From an archaeon GW2011_AR15 (GTDB lineage Archaea; Nanobdellota; Nanobdellia; Woesearchaeales; GW2011-AR15): DNA of 64,000 bases. The stretch covers positions 1,038,952 to 1,102,951 of the forward strand of contig CP010425.1 of assembly GCA_000830295.1 (NCBI GenBank). The letters are read 5' to 3'. Both the position numbers and the translations under genes were made by a program. The number at the start of each line of letters is the position of its first letter. The first letter of the stretch is position 1. The notes under the pieces are model-generated. The model saw only the letters and a list, made by a program, of their open reading frames with translations, made no database searches and was not told where the DNA came from. Shown here piece by piece: positions 10,547 through 19,651 of this stretch.

Positions 10547-11487
10547 AGCAGCTTTTTTACTTCTTTTATTATCCTTTTTTCAGTTAATCCGTATTTTTCA
10601 AGAAGGTCTTTTGCATTCCCTGATTCCCCAAACCTGTCTTCCATCCCTATGATTTTTAATCTTGCTGGATACTCTTGGGAAAGCACTTCTGCAACAGCTC
10701 CTCCAAGCCCCCCGTTTACCTGATGCTCTTCTGCTGTTACAATAGCTTTTGTCTGTTTTGCTGCTTTTATTATTGCCTCTCTGTCTATTGGCTTTATAGT
10801 ATGCATGTTTATTACAGCAGCGGAGATTCCCTCTTTCTCAAGGGATTCAGCAGCAAGAAGTGAATAATAGACCATCAGCCCGCAGGCGATTATTGTTATA
10901 TCTTTTCCTTTCCTGAGATGGACTGCCTTTCCTATCTCAAAAGGCGTTTCTTCTGTTGTGAATACGGGTGTTTTTTCCCTCCCAAGCCTGACATAAGCCG
11001 GGCCTTTCATTTCTGCAACTGCCTCTATTGCCTTTTCTGCCTCAAGGGCATCTGCAGGCACAATGACCTTTATGTTGGGAGTTGCCCTCATCATTGCAAT
11101 ATCTTCCATCATCTGATGCGTGGCTCCATCCGGCCCTACTGTCAGCCCTGCATGCGTAGAGACAAGCTTTACATTTAGGTTGGAATAGCACACAGACTGC
11201 CTTATATGGTCGTAGCATCTTCCGGGAAGGAAGGTTGCAAATGAGCTTGGGAAAGGTATTTTTCCTGCCAGTGCAAGGCCTGCTGCCATGCCAATCATGT
11301 TCTGCTCGGCAATTCCTGCCTCAATATATCTGTCAGGGAATTTTTCTCTGAATTCGTATGCCCTTGTTGAATCCCCTACGCTAGCTGAAAGCGCAACAAT
11401 ATTCTTATTTTTCTCTCCAAGCCTGATCAGGGCCTTTCCGAATCCATCCCTTGTTGCCAGCTTTTTTTCGTTTTTTAGGTTGTACAT
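10540..11487 (-). CDS. tktB: transketolase, C-terminal (pyrimidine-binding) subunit
   Basis: ATRDGFGKALIRLGEKNKNIVALSASVGDSTR...FPDRYIEAGIAEQNMIGMAAGLA matches the family. This is the split archaeal/clostridial type. Confidence 0.9.
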   Translation of the reverse strand: MYNLKNEKKLATRDGFGKALIRLGEKNKNIVALSASVGDSTRAYEFREKFPDRYIEAGIAEQNMIGMAAGLALAGKIPFPSSFATFLPGRCYDHIRQSVCYSNLNVKLVSTHAGLTVGPDGATHQMMEDIAMMRATPNIKVIVPADALEAEKAIEAVAEMKGPAYVRLGREKTPVFTTEETPFEIGKAVHLRKGKDITIIACGLMVYYSLLAAESLEKEGISAAVINMHTIKPIDREAIIKAAKQTKAIVTAEEHQVNGGLGGAVAEVLSQEYPARLKIIGMEDRFGESGNAKDLLEKYGLTEKRIIKEVKKLLQ

Positions 11488-12300
11488 TTACTTCTCCTCT
11501 ATCTCTTTCAGAGCCTGCTCTTTCTGCTTGTCATCGGGAGCAACGCCATGCCATTCGAAATTGTCAAGCACAAATGAAACACCCTGGCCCATGTGTGTAT
11601 GGAATATTATGAAAGAAGGGCCTTTTTTGTTGTTTTTTGCTTTTTCAAAAGTATCAATTATTTGTTTAAAATCATGTCCGTCTGCTTCATAGACCGTCCA
11701 GTTGAATGCCTCTACTTTATCTTTAAGAGGATCAAGCGCCATCATCTCCTCTGTTTTTCCTGCCTGCTGGACCATATTCCTGTCCACAAAAGCTATCAGA
11801 TTGCCAAGTTTATAATGAGCTCCTGCCATAAGAGCCTCCCAGATTGAGCCTTCTTCCATCTCCCCATCACCAAGTCCGACAAACACATGGCTTTTCTTTT
11901 TATCCATCTTATAGCCTATTGCAAGACCTACAGATGCAGGGAATCCCTGACCAAGAGAGCCTGTTGACAACTCTACAAGCGGGATGTCGATATTTGCAGG
12001 GTGACCCTGAAGCCTTGAGTTTACCTGCCTTAATGTCATGAGCTCTTTCTCAGGGATAAAGCCAGCTTCGGCAAGAGCAGCATACCAGACAGGATTTATA
12101 TGGCCGTTGGAAAGAATGAACCTGTCCCTATCTTCCTTATCAGTGTGAATGCTTTTTTCAAATACCCTAAAATAGAGAGCTGCAAAAACATCCGCCATGC
12201 CAAGTGATCCGCCAGTATGGCCGCTTCCTGCCTTGTTCAGCATGAGAATTATTTTTTTTCTGATATCTTTAGCATGCTGCTTTAAGTCATCATACCCCAT
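11488..12300 (-). CDS. tktA: transketolase, N-terminal (TPP-binding) subunit
   Basis: SGHTGGSLGMADVFAALYF, GHPA...STGSLGQG and GDGEMEEGSIWEA match the family. The start was moved to MGYDDLK (12300) to avoid overlapping the upstream gene. Confidence 0.9.
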   Translation of the reverse strand: MGYDDLKQHAKDIRKKIILMLNKAGSGHTGGSLGMADVFAALYFRVFEKSIHTDKEDRDRFILSNGHINPVWYAALAEAGFIPEKELMTLRQVNSRLQGHPANIDIPLVELSTGSLGQGFPASVGLAIGYKMDKKKSHVFVGLGDGEMEEGSIWEALMAGAHYKLGNLIAFVDRNMVQQAGKTEEMMALDPLKDKVEAFNWTVYEADGHDFKQIIDTFEKAKNNKKGPSFIIFHTHMGQGVSFVLDNFEWHGVAPDDKQKEQALKEIEEK

Positions 12301-12325
12301 AATTAAACCCCCAATGGCGGAAAGT

Positions 12326-12733
12326 TTATAAAAGTTTTGATGGATTTTTCTGGTGGCCATAGAGTCCCAGATAAAATTGAAGATTTTCAAATACCTGTCT
12401 TTCAGAATTATCCATCCGTGATAATGAGATTATTGTTATTTTATATCCGAGAGTGCCATATCTGGCGCCGTAATCCCTTTCCTTTATTATTGAATAAACT
12501 TCTGGTGACATAAACACCTGATAAGAAGCATCATGCCTGTGCACACCAAAACCATTCAGGTAAAGCCCCTGTCTTGATTTAACCTCATCAACACCAAATT
12601 CAAGGGGCAGCTGTATCCTGGTATCTGCGTATTTTATTATTGTCCCTTCCAATATATTATTTTCAAGATTGTCTATCTCTCCAGAAGTCAGGAATATATC
12701 AATGTCATTATCTGAACCAAGTCCAGCTATCAT
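12326..12733 (-). CDS. hypothetical protein (135 aa)
   Basis: The ORF lies between ftsZ and the transketolase genes. I recognise no family. Confidence 0.5.
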   Translation of the reverse strand: MIAGLGSDNDIDIFLTSGEIDNLENNILEGTIIKYADTRIQLPLEFGVDEVKSRQGLYLNGFGVHRHDASYQVFMSPEVYSIIKERDYGARYGTLGYKITIISLSRMDNSERQVFENLQFYLGLYGHQKNPSKLL

Positions 12734-12747
12734 ATTAGAAATAAAGA

Positions 12748-13875
12748 TTAGTCGACAAACTCTATCCCAAGCTCGGTTTCCATGTCTTCTTTCTGCTTTG
12801 TGACAAGCTTTTTATCCTTGCCGAAAATCTGGGTGCTTTTCACTCCGGTAATAATGAGTATTGTTCTTATTGTCCCCTGAAGGTCTTCTGAGATTGACGC
12901 TCCCCAGATAACTCTTGCATCCTCATCAAGCTTGCTTGACACTGTTTCAACAACTCTTCTTGCTTCTTCAAGTGTCATATCCGGTCCGCCTGAAACATTT
13001 ATCAATGCGCCTGTTGAGCCAGTTATATCAACATCAAGAAGAGGGTTCTCGATTGCTTTCTCAACTGCTTCTATTGCCCTGTTTTCTGTGTCAGATTCAC
13101 CTACACCTATAAGGGCGACCCCCCCTGAACTCATGATAGCTTTTATATCAGCAAAATCCAGATTGACAAGCCCCGGCCTTGTAACGAGCTCTGCAAGCCC
13201 CTTGACTGCATTTGTAAGAATTTCATCTGCAACTTTGAATGCTGTGTGCAGAGGCAAATCAGGAGCAAGCTCAAGAAGCTTATCGTTTGGAATTACAATT
13301 AACGTGTCAACTACTGCCTCAAGCCTTTCAAGCCCAAACAGGGCGTTTTCATATCTTCTGTGGCCTTCCATTGAGAATGGCATTGTTACAATACCTATCA
13401 CAAGCGCTCCCATCTTTTTCGCGGTTTCCGCAATTATCGGGGCAGATCCTGTTCCTGTTCCGCCTCCAAGCCCGCATGTGATGAAGACCATGTCAGCTCC
13501 CTGAAGTGCTGCCTTTATTTCTGATTCATTCTCTTTTGCAGCATCTTCTCCGATTTTGGGTATGCTTCCTGCTCCCAGTCCCTTTGTCAGATCCCTTCCA
13601 ATCAGGATTTTTTTATCTGCGCTTGTGTATAGAAGGTCCTGCGCATCTGTATTGACTGCAATTGTCTCTGCTCCTGCAACACCCACTTCTGTTATCCTGT
13701 TTATAGTATTATTCCCTGCTCCGCCGGTGCCAACGACTTTTATAGCAGCCTTCTGCCTGGAGAGTATCTCCTCCAGCTCCTTATCAATTGCATGCGGCCT
13801 TGAAATAGAAACTCCTTTTGGTGAACTATGAAAAGCGTCTTTACCTTCGTTAACTTCAACTTGCAAAATAAACAC
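12748..13875 (-). CDS. ftsZ: cell division protein FtsZ
   Basis: [23 protein letters not shown] and the tubulin signature [16 protein letters not shown] are present. A GTG start is implied. Confidence 0.93.
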   Translation of the reverse strand: MFILQVEVNEGKDAFHSSPKGVSISRPHAIDKELEEILSRQKAAIKVVGTGGAGNNTINRITEVGVAGAETIAVNTDAQDLLYTSADKKILIGRDLTKGLGAGSIPKIGEDAAKENESEIKAALQGADMVFITCGLGGGTGTGSAPIIAETAKKMGALVIGIVTMPFSMEGHRRYENALFGLERLEAVVDTLIVIPNDKLLELAPDLPLHTAFKVADEILTNAVKGLAELVTRPGLVNLDFADIKAIMSSGGVALIGVGESDTENRAIEAVEKAIENPLLDVDITGSTGALINVSGGPDMTLEEARRVVETVSSKLDEDARVIWGASISEDLQGTIRTILIITGVKSTQIFGKDKKLVTKQKEDMETELGIEFVD

Positions 13876-13936
13876 CTCGCCCAGCTAAAACCTAGTTAAA
13901 TCAATAGTAAGCTTATATTTAAAGGTATTGAAAGAA

Positions 13937-14650
13937 TTATTCTGGTTTGCTCTCTTTATTCTCGGAAGATTTTTCCTTTTTTTCAGTCTTTGGCTTTGAT
14001 TCCTTGAAATCTTTCTTAAGCATAACCTCCTTTATATCCGGGATAAGTTCAGTCACTCTTTTCTTTACTGCATCAAGGACTTCCTTTGGGAACTTTTCCT
14101 CGCCGATAAGGAGAGTATTTTCTTTTAGCTCAAGTTCAGCATCTTTTATATTAAGCTCGTTCCTGAAAACTGCCCTTGCTTTCTCAAGGGGCGATTCAAC
14201 TACCCTGGTTAATTTTGCCTCATATCTCAGGGTGCGGCCTGCCAGCGGGTGGTTGAAGTCTACTATAACCCTCCCACCTGAGACTGACCTGACTGTCCCG
14301 AAACTGTTGTCAATATTTACTTCAAGGCCCGGGAAAGGCTGTATCTCCTGCTTCCTGAATATCTTCATAGGCATCAGCTTAAGGAGTTTTGCGTTCTTTT
14401 TTCCGAATGCTTTCTCAGGCTCCAGTGTAACTTTAACAGTGGCGGGAACTTTGCTTTCCATTATCTTTTCTTCCATTCCCTTAAGAATGTGCTCTTCACC
14501 GAGACAAACTACAACCGGCCCGAAGACAGAATTTTCTCTTGCCAGATTATTGTCTTTGGCAGTCTTTTCATCTGTAGTGTCAAAAAGAGTGCCGTCTTCA
14601 AGCCATCCTGTATATTCAATCTCCACAAAATCATGCTTTTTTAATGACAT
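13937..14650 (-). CDS. FKBP-type peptidyl-prolyl cis-trans isomerase (long archaeal/SlyD-like type)
   Basis: DFVEIEYTGWLEDGTLFDTT and VDFNHPLAGRTLRYEAKL match the family. The C-terminal tail is lysine/glutamate-rich. Confidence 0.85.
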   Translation of the reverse strand: MSLKKHDFVEIEYTGWLEDGTLFDTTDEKTAKDNNLARENSVFGPVVVCLGEEHILKGMEEKIMESKVPATVKVTLEPEKAFGKKNAKLLKLMPMKIFRKQEIQPFPGLEVNIDNSFGTVRSVSGGRVIVDFNHPLAGRTLRYEAKLTRVVESPLEKARAVFRNELNIKDAELELKENTLLIGEEKFPKEVLDAVKKRVTELIPDIKEVMLKKDFKESKPKTEKKEKSSENKESKPE

Positions 14651-14754
14651 TGTTTTTTTAGATTAAAGGCATGTTTAAAAAGCTTTCTGAGAATGAACAC
14701 AAGTTTAGAAAATTTGAGATTCTGTCTAATTCAAAATAAGAATATTTATATATT

Positions 14755-14769
14755 GTGTATGCATTACAC
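14755..14769 (+). promoter_or_regulatory. candidate NrtR-type operator 1 (GTGT-N7-ACAC), directly 3' of a TTTATATA box
   Basis: GTGTATGCATTACAC is followed by TAAG and lies 7 nt before the ATG of the Nudix-wHTH gene. It shares the GTGT-N7-ACACTAAG pattern with 16661-16679. Confidence 0.5.
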
Positions 14770-14775
14770 TAAGAG

Positions 14776-15456
14776 ATGGAAAAATTAAGAGGCCAGATGC
14801 AGGTAGCTGTTGACGCAGTTGTATTTACAGTGGAAAATGATGTTCTAAAGATACTTCTTATAGAGAGAAGAAACCAGCCGTTCCAGGGGAGATTTGCCCT
14901 TCCCGGTGGATTTGTGAACCCAGATGAGGAATTTGAGCAGGCTGTAAAAAGAGAGCTTTTTGAGGAAACCGGCGTGAAAGACATATTTGTAAAGCAGATA
15001 GGTGCATATGGCAAAGTCAGCAGGGATCCCAGAGGAAGGATAATTTCAATAGCCTTTCTTGCACTGATAAGCCATGACCAGAACCTAAAAGCCGCAACAG
15101 ACGCAGCGAAAGTTAAATGGGCCCCGTTAAATGATCTGCCTCCGCTTGCATTTGACCACAGGCAGATAATAAGCGACTCTCTTGAAGTCCTAAAGTTCGA
15201 AATACAAACCACAAATATCGCAAGAGAGATACTTCCTGAAGAATTTACATTAAGCAATCTCCAGTCACTGTATGAGAATATCCTCCAAAGAAAGCTTGAC
15301 AAGAGGAATTTCAGGAAAAAAATAAGGGAGCTTGAACTGGTAAAAGAAACCGGAAAGCAATTTATGGAGGGAGCACACAGGCCTGCAATGCTATATGAAT
15401 TTAGGGATAAGGAATATGAAAATTTAAAGGAAAGGATGCATGTTCTGCTAAGCTGA
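14776..15456 (+). CDS. nrtR: NrtR-like protein: Nudix (ADP-ribose pyrophosphatase-like) domain fused to a C-terminal winged-helix domain
   Basis: The Nudix box is intact (GGFVNPDEEFEQAVKRELFEETGV), followed by LAFDHRQII and then a tail of about 90 aa (TLSNLQSLYENILQRKLDKRNFRKKI...GAHRPAMLYEF). This is the layout of Nudix-related transcriptional regulators. Genomic context is NAD salvage. Confidence 0.72.
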   Translation: MEKLRGQMQVAVDAVVFTVENDVLKILLIERRNQPFQGRFALPGGFVNPDEEFEQAVKRELFEETGVKDIFVKQIGAYGKVSRDPRGRIISIAFLALISHDQNLKAATDAAKVKWAPLNDLPPLAFDHRQIISDSLEVLKFEIQTTNIAREILPEEFTLSNLQSLYENILQRKLDKRNFRKKIRELELVKETGKQFMEGAHRPAMLYEFRDKEYENLKERMHVLLS

Positions 15457-15927
15457 TTTGGTTAATGGATGATGGTCGTAATACCTATACATGCTATTAA
15501 CTTCCGGATGCCTTTGTTTTGAACCATCATACACAATATAGGTCCCTATTAGTTTTGCCCCATTCTTGGACAGAGCCTCTTTTATGCCGGTCCTTGTCCT
15601 GCCACTCCAGAGGCTGTCATCAAGGAAGAAATATCCTTCCCCTTCTGCTATATATCCGGCTAAATCCTCTATATCATTTCCTGTCCTGATACCCCCTGTT
15701 ACAACAAGAAGCCTGTTCTTTGTTTTTCTGGTTGTTAAAACATAATCTGAAAAAACTTCCCCAAATCTTCCTGACACAATAATTCCTGCATTTTCAGGGA
15801 CTGCTGAATATAGGCAGTTAAAAATATCAAAATTTCTCCCTATCTCTGCATCAAGGTTTTCATAAAATCTCTTCCCTCCCTTATGTTCCTGGAGCATTCC
15901 AACAATCAATTCTGTGAGTCTGTTCAT
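15448..15927 (-). CDS. phosphoribosyltransferase-domain protein (type I PRT fold, unknown substrate)
   Basis: A PRPP-binding-loop-like motif (YFFLDDSLWSGRTRTGIKEAL) sits near the C-terminal third. The rest of the protein is unrecognised. Confidence 0.55.
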   Translation of the reverse strand: MNRLTELIVGMLQEHKGGKRFYENLDAEIGRNFDIFNCLYSAVPENAGIIVSGRFGEVFSDYVLTTRKTKNRLLVVTGGIRTGNDIEDLAGYIAEGEGYFFLDDSLWSGRTRTGIKEALSKNGAKLIGTYIVYDGSKQRHPEVNSMYRYYDHHPLTKSA

Positions 15928-15930
15928 TTT

Positions 15931-16596
15931 TTAGTTTTGCATAGTTTTTTCAAGAGCAAAATAAAACTGATGCGCGAATAGATCAGGACACATTCTGCTC
16001 AGTTTTTTTGCAAAAGGAGGATTAATATCTTTAACAATCCACGCCCTTCTGTATTCTTCAGCGACTGGTTGGTATCCTGCCGCAGCGAACATCTTTTTCC
16101 ATTCCTTTGTTGTGTGCATGGATACATGACCTTTGTGAAACTCTTCAAAATCATAAAAGTTGCCTGAATGCAGGGCTTTATCAACCCTGGCTGCTATGCT
16201 CCGCGGGTTTGGGACAGTGATAAGAAGCCTTCCATCATCTTTTAACAGGAACTCTATAGTTCTTAAAGCTTCTTCCGGGTGTTTAAGATGCTCCAGGATT
16301 TCGGAAGCAATAACAGTATCATAAACCCCTATATTATCCTCTCTCTTTATTTTTGTGATATCCGCGTGAATGATTCTCTGGAATCCCCCGGGTGTTTCCT
16401 CGCATGCATAAATAGAAATATCCAAACCAACTTTATTCGGGACTGCTGCATCAACAGACACAGGATATTTGCCGCAACCTATCTCAAGCAGACTCTCTCC
16501 CCTGGCATAATTCGCAATAAATCTTTTTCTTGATGGAGAGGGCTTCCAGTCCTCATAATCATTGTAATGCAAATTTGCCGCAATTATACTATTCAT
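15931..16596 (-). CDS. class I SAM-dependent methyltransferase
   Basis: Motif I is LLEIGCGKYP. The post-I/II region is DTVIASEILEHLKHPEEALRTIEFLLKDDGRLLITVPN. Confidence 0.8.
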   Translation of the reverse strand: MNSIIAANLHYNDYEDWKPSPSRKRFIANYARGESLLEIGCGKYPVSVDAAVPNKVGLDISIYACEETPGGFQRIIHADITKIKREDNIGVYDTVIASEILEHLKHPEEALRTIEFLLKDDGRLLITVPNPRSIAARVDKALHSGNFYDFEEFHKGHVSMHTTKEWKKMFAAAGYQPVAEEYRRAWIVKDINPPFAKKLSRMCPDLFAHQFYFALEKTMQN

Positions 16597-16660
16597 CAGT
16601 GGTAGTTTATTGAAATTATATATAAATATATACTAAAATCAAAACATTTATATATAATAA

Positions 16661-16675
16661 GTGTTTACTATACAC
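16661..16675 (+). promoter_or_regulatory. candidate NrtR-type operator 2 (GTGT-N7-ACAC), directly 3' of a TTTATATATA box
   Basis: GTGTTTACTATACAC is followed by TAAG. It lies in the divergent intergenic region upstream of the pncB operon. Confidence 0.5.
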
Positions 16676-16762
16676 TAAGTAAGACAATCAAGCTCAATCC
16701 TGAAAACAGGGTTGGGCTTTTTTTGGATGAAAATAAGTGTAAAAAATACAAGAAGTGAAAAT

Positions 16763-17086
16763 ATGGATGAAAACCTTGGGATGAAGATAGAAAGGCTCAG
16801 CAGGGAACTGGAAAGGGCACAACATGAAAGGTCATTGTGCAACCATGTTTTCGGAGAGCCTAACAGAATTTTAACAGAGTATAAAGTGCCTTACATTGTT
16901 GGGTATATACCTTGCGGTTCTGATCCAATCCCTGATTTAAAATACGAAACAAAAACAAGAATCGGATGGGAAAGGATGTGCCTGAATGATTGCGGATACA
17001 GAGAATACACCGAAGCACTGGAAGTGACACAGGAAAAGAGATACAAACCTGATTTCACAAAACCGATAGTAAGAACGGGAGGCTAA
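16763..17086 (+). CDS. hypothetical Cys-containing protein, first gene of the NAD operon
   Basis: The stop is 1 nt before the pncB ATG. The start was chosen at MDENLG, though upstream alternatives at 16712 and 16727 remain possible. I recognise no family. Confidence 0.5.
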   Translation: MDENLGMKIERLSRELERAQHERSLCNHVFGEPNRILTEYKVPYIVGYIPCGSDPIPDLKYETKTRIGWERMCLNDCGYREYTEALEVTQEKRYKPDFTKPIVRTGG

Positions 17087-17087
17087 A

Positions 17088-18467
17088 ATGACAAACAAAA
17101 CCATGCTTACAGATGAATACCAGCTCACAATGATGGCATCATACCTTGATAATAATATTGATGATAAGGCAACATTTGACATGTTTATCAGAGGGCTTCC
17201 TGAAGACTGGGGATACTTTATTGCAAACGGCATAGAAGATGCAATTGATTATGCAACAAGCATCAAATTTAGTAAAGACGATATTGATTTCCTCAGAAGC
17301 CAGGGAAAATACAGTGAAGATTTCCTTGATTTCCTCAGGGGTTTTAGGTTTAATGGTGAGATATATTCTGTTAAAGAGGGAGAAATTGTCTTTCCAAACC
17401 AGCCGGTATTAAGAGTAACCGGCAGCAGAACAGAAGCCCAGTTTCTTGAAACTGCCATACTTAATATAATTAATTTCCAGACAATGGTTGCATCAAAGGC
17501 AAACAGGGTTGTGAATGCTGCCGGAGAATCAACAGTGCTTGATTTTGGCCTGAGAAGAGCCCAGGGTGAGGACGCGGGGATGGAGGGCGCAAGGGCAGCT
17601 TATATTGGCGGTGCTTCAGGCACCAGCAATGTAAAAGCAGGAAAAGAATATGGGATTCCAACTGGCGGGACTCAGGCCCACAGCTATGTAATGAGCTTTG
17701 ATGATGAGGCGGATGCTTTCAGGGCATATGCAAAGACTTTTCCTGACAGGTCTGTCTTCCTTATTGATACATACAATACTCTTGAAGGTGCAGAAAAAGC
17801 GGCAATTGTAGCCAAGGAAATGGAAAAGCAGGGGCACAGGCTTGTCGGAGTCAGGCTGGATTCAGGAGACCTTGAAATGCTTTCAAAAGGCGTCAGAGAC
17901 ATATTCAACAGCCAAGGTCTTGGATATGTGAAAATATATGCAAGCAATGACCTGAATGAATACAAGATTGAAGACCTGGTGAGGAATGGGGCAAAAATAG
18001 ATGCTTTCGGTGTTGGGACAGAGATGATTACAGCAAAGCCGGTCTCCGCAATATCCGGAGTCTACAAGCTTGTTGAAGATACAGCAGGCCCAAAGATGAA
18101 ATTTTCACCGGGAAAGGAAAGCAACCCAGGAAAGAAACAGATTTATAGGATAAGTGATGAGAAAGGGACCTTCCTGTATGATGTAATGGCTCTTGAATCT
18201 GAAAAAATAGAAGGCAGGTCATTGCTTGAAAAAGTTGTTGAGAACGGATACAGAATAAGCCAGAGAAGAGACCTGAAAGAGATAAGGGAATATGCTCTTG
18301 ATTCAGTAAGCAGGCTTCCTGACAGCCTGAAGCAGGTCAGAGTTGCAGACAAGTATGAGGTAAGAAAATCAGAAGGCCTGACTAGCCTTATAGATGAGCT
18401 TGGGGAAAAATATCTCCAAAGCCTTCCTTTTTACAGCGTAGTTCATCCAATTTCAATAAATCAATAA
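17088..18467 (+). CDS. pncB: nicotinate phosphoribosyltransferase
   Basis: The N-terminus MLTDEYQLTMMASY is characteristic. GLRRAQG, GTSNV and RLDSGDL follow the family order. Confidence 0.9.
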   Translation: MTNKTMLTDEYQLTMMASYLDNNIDDKATFDMFIRGLPEDWGYFIANGIEDAIDYATSIKFSKDDIDFLRSQGKYSEDFLDFLRGFRFNGEIYSVKEGEIVFPNQPVLRVTGSRTEAQFLETAILNIINFQTMVASKANRVVNAAGESTVLDFGLRRAQGEDAGMEGARAAYIGGASGTSNVKAGKEYGIPTGGTQAHSYVMSFDDEADAFRAYAKTFPDRSVFLIDTYNTLEGAEKAAIVAKEMEKQGHRLVGVRLDSGDLEMLSKGVRDIFNSQGLGYVKIYASNDLNEYKIEDLVRNGAKIDAFGVGTEMITAKPVSAISGVYKLVEDTAGPKMKFSPGKESNPGKKQIYRISDEKGTFLYDVMALESEKIEGRSLLEKVVENGYRISQRRDLKEIREYALDSVSRLPDSLKQVRVADKYEVRKSEGLTSLIDELGEKYLQSLPFYSVVHPISINQ

Positions 18468-18497
18468 GTGTAAAAAATACAATAATAGGTGAAGCAA

Positions 18498-19013
18498 ATG
18501 AAAACAACATTGAACAAAGTTGTTAATGATAAAGGATTCAGGAAATATACCACACATAAAGCAGAAGCCGGGGATATAATCACTTCTCCTGAGTTTGCTT
18601 TTGGGGAATACGGTGTTTTCTACGATGATGATAAGCACCTGAGGCTTGACAAGTATAATATCAGTGTAGACGGGCACACAAGAACTCTGGAGGTGCAGTA
18701 TTCAAACCCTGAGATACCGAGAGGGAAACCTGATGAACTGATAACAATAGATATTGCCGCGTATGACCCTTCTCGGGGAACGGCAAAATTCCTCGTTGAA
18801 GAGGCTTATCTTGGCGGCGGTTCAGGCCCTTGCAGCCATGATCCTTATCCTGATGGATGGAATGTAAAGGCAAGAAGGCTTTCAGATGATGCGTCATATG
18901 ATCCAAAAGGCAAACTAATAGATTTCTACCAGAGCGGTTCTTTCACAAACAAGGTCAGGGAAGTTACTGTAGTCGGGAAGATGGAGAAAATAATCGAGTG
19001 GAGAAAAAAATAG
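18498..19013 (+). CDS. hypothetical protein (171 aa) embedded between pncB and pncA
   Basis: The ORF is clean and globular. I recognise no family. The ATG at 18498 is preferred over the tracked GTG at 18489. Confidence 0.58.
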   Translation: MKTTLNKVVNDKGFRKYTTHKAEAGDIITSPEFAFGEYGVFYDDDKHLRLDKYNISVDGHTRTLEVQYSNPEIPRGKPDELITIDIAAYDPSRGTAKFLVEEAYLGGGSGPCSHDPYPDGWNVKARRLSDDASYDPKGKLIDFYQSGSFTNKVREVTVVGKMEKIIEWRKK

Positions 19014-19029
19014 CAAGGAGGTAAACAAG

Positions 19030-19650
19030 ATGAAAACAATAGCATGGAATGTAGATACACAATACGACTTTATGCGTGCTGACGGGAAACTATATGTGCA
19101 GGATGCAGAAAAGATTGAGGGAAACCTTGAGAAACTGACAAACCTTTTCAGAAAAAAAGGGACAGCAATAGTAAATACAGGGGACTGGCATAATGAGCAT
19201 ACTGCTGAAATTTCAGATACACCTGATTTTGTCAATACCTTTCCGGAGCACTGCATGCAGAATACACATGGAGCGGATTATGTCGGCGCAACCAAGCCAG
19301 CAAATGCGCTCTATGTCGACTGGCAGGATGAAAAGGCTGACCTTGATGCAATTGCAGGAGCAAAAGAGATTGTAATATACAAGGACATGTTCGATGTCTT
19401 TGCAGGAAACCCGCACACTGACAAAATTGTTGATGCACTGGGCCCGGACAGGGTAATCGTATATGGTGTTGCAACGAATGTCTGCGTCAATTATGCTGTA
19501 AGAGGGCATCTGGAAAGAGGGCTTGAAGTCTATGTCGTAGAGGATGCAATAAAAGAGCTCCCAAATATACCTTCACCAGTTGATGGCTGGGTAAAGGCAG
19601 GAGCCAGACTGATCAGAACAGAAGATGCAGTTAATTACATCGGAGGTTAA
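19030..19650 (+). CDS. pncA: nicotinamidase/pyrazinamidase (isochorismatase family)
   Basis: VDTQYDF (catalytic Asp), a DWH metal site and VIVYGVATNVCV (catalytic Cys) are present. Confidence 0.85.
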   Translation: MKTIAWNVDTQYDFMRADGKLYVQDAEKIEGNLEKLTNLFRKKGTAIVNTGDWHNEHTAEISDTPDFVNTFPEHCMQNTHGADYVGATKPANALYVDWQDEKADLDAIAGAKEIVIYKDMFDVFAGNPHTDKIVDALGPDRVIVYGVATNVCVNYAVRGHLERGLEVYVVEDAIKELPNIPSPVDGWVKAGARLIRTEDAVNYIGG

Positions 19651-19651
19651 A

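Noticed and set aside
12326-12733. A possible minimal nucleotidyltransferase motif (GSDNDIDIF) in the ORF between ftsZ and tkt.
   Set aside because: The spacing between the GS and DxD elements is far too short for the MNT/Pol-beta fold signature. I left the ORF as hypothetical.
13947-14666. A 239-aa antisense ORF opposite the FKBP gene. Similar long antisense ORFs lie opposite nrtR-like (14769-15302), ftsZ (12932-13504), rtcB (42207-42818), SRP54 (30616-31662) and EF-2.
   Set aside because: Their composition is Ser/Phe/Leu-rich and low-complexity, typical of the reverse strand of Lys/Glu-rich genes. The opposite-strand genes all have unambiguous family motifs.
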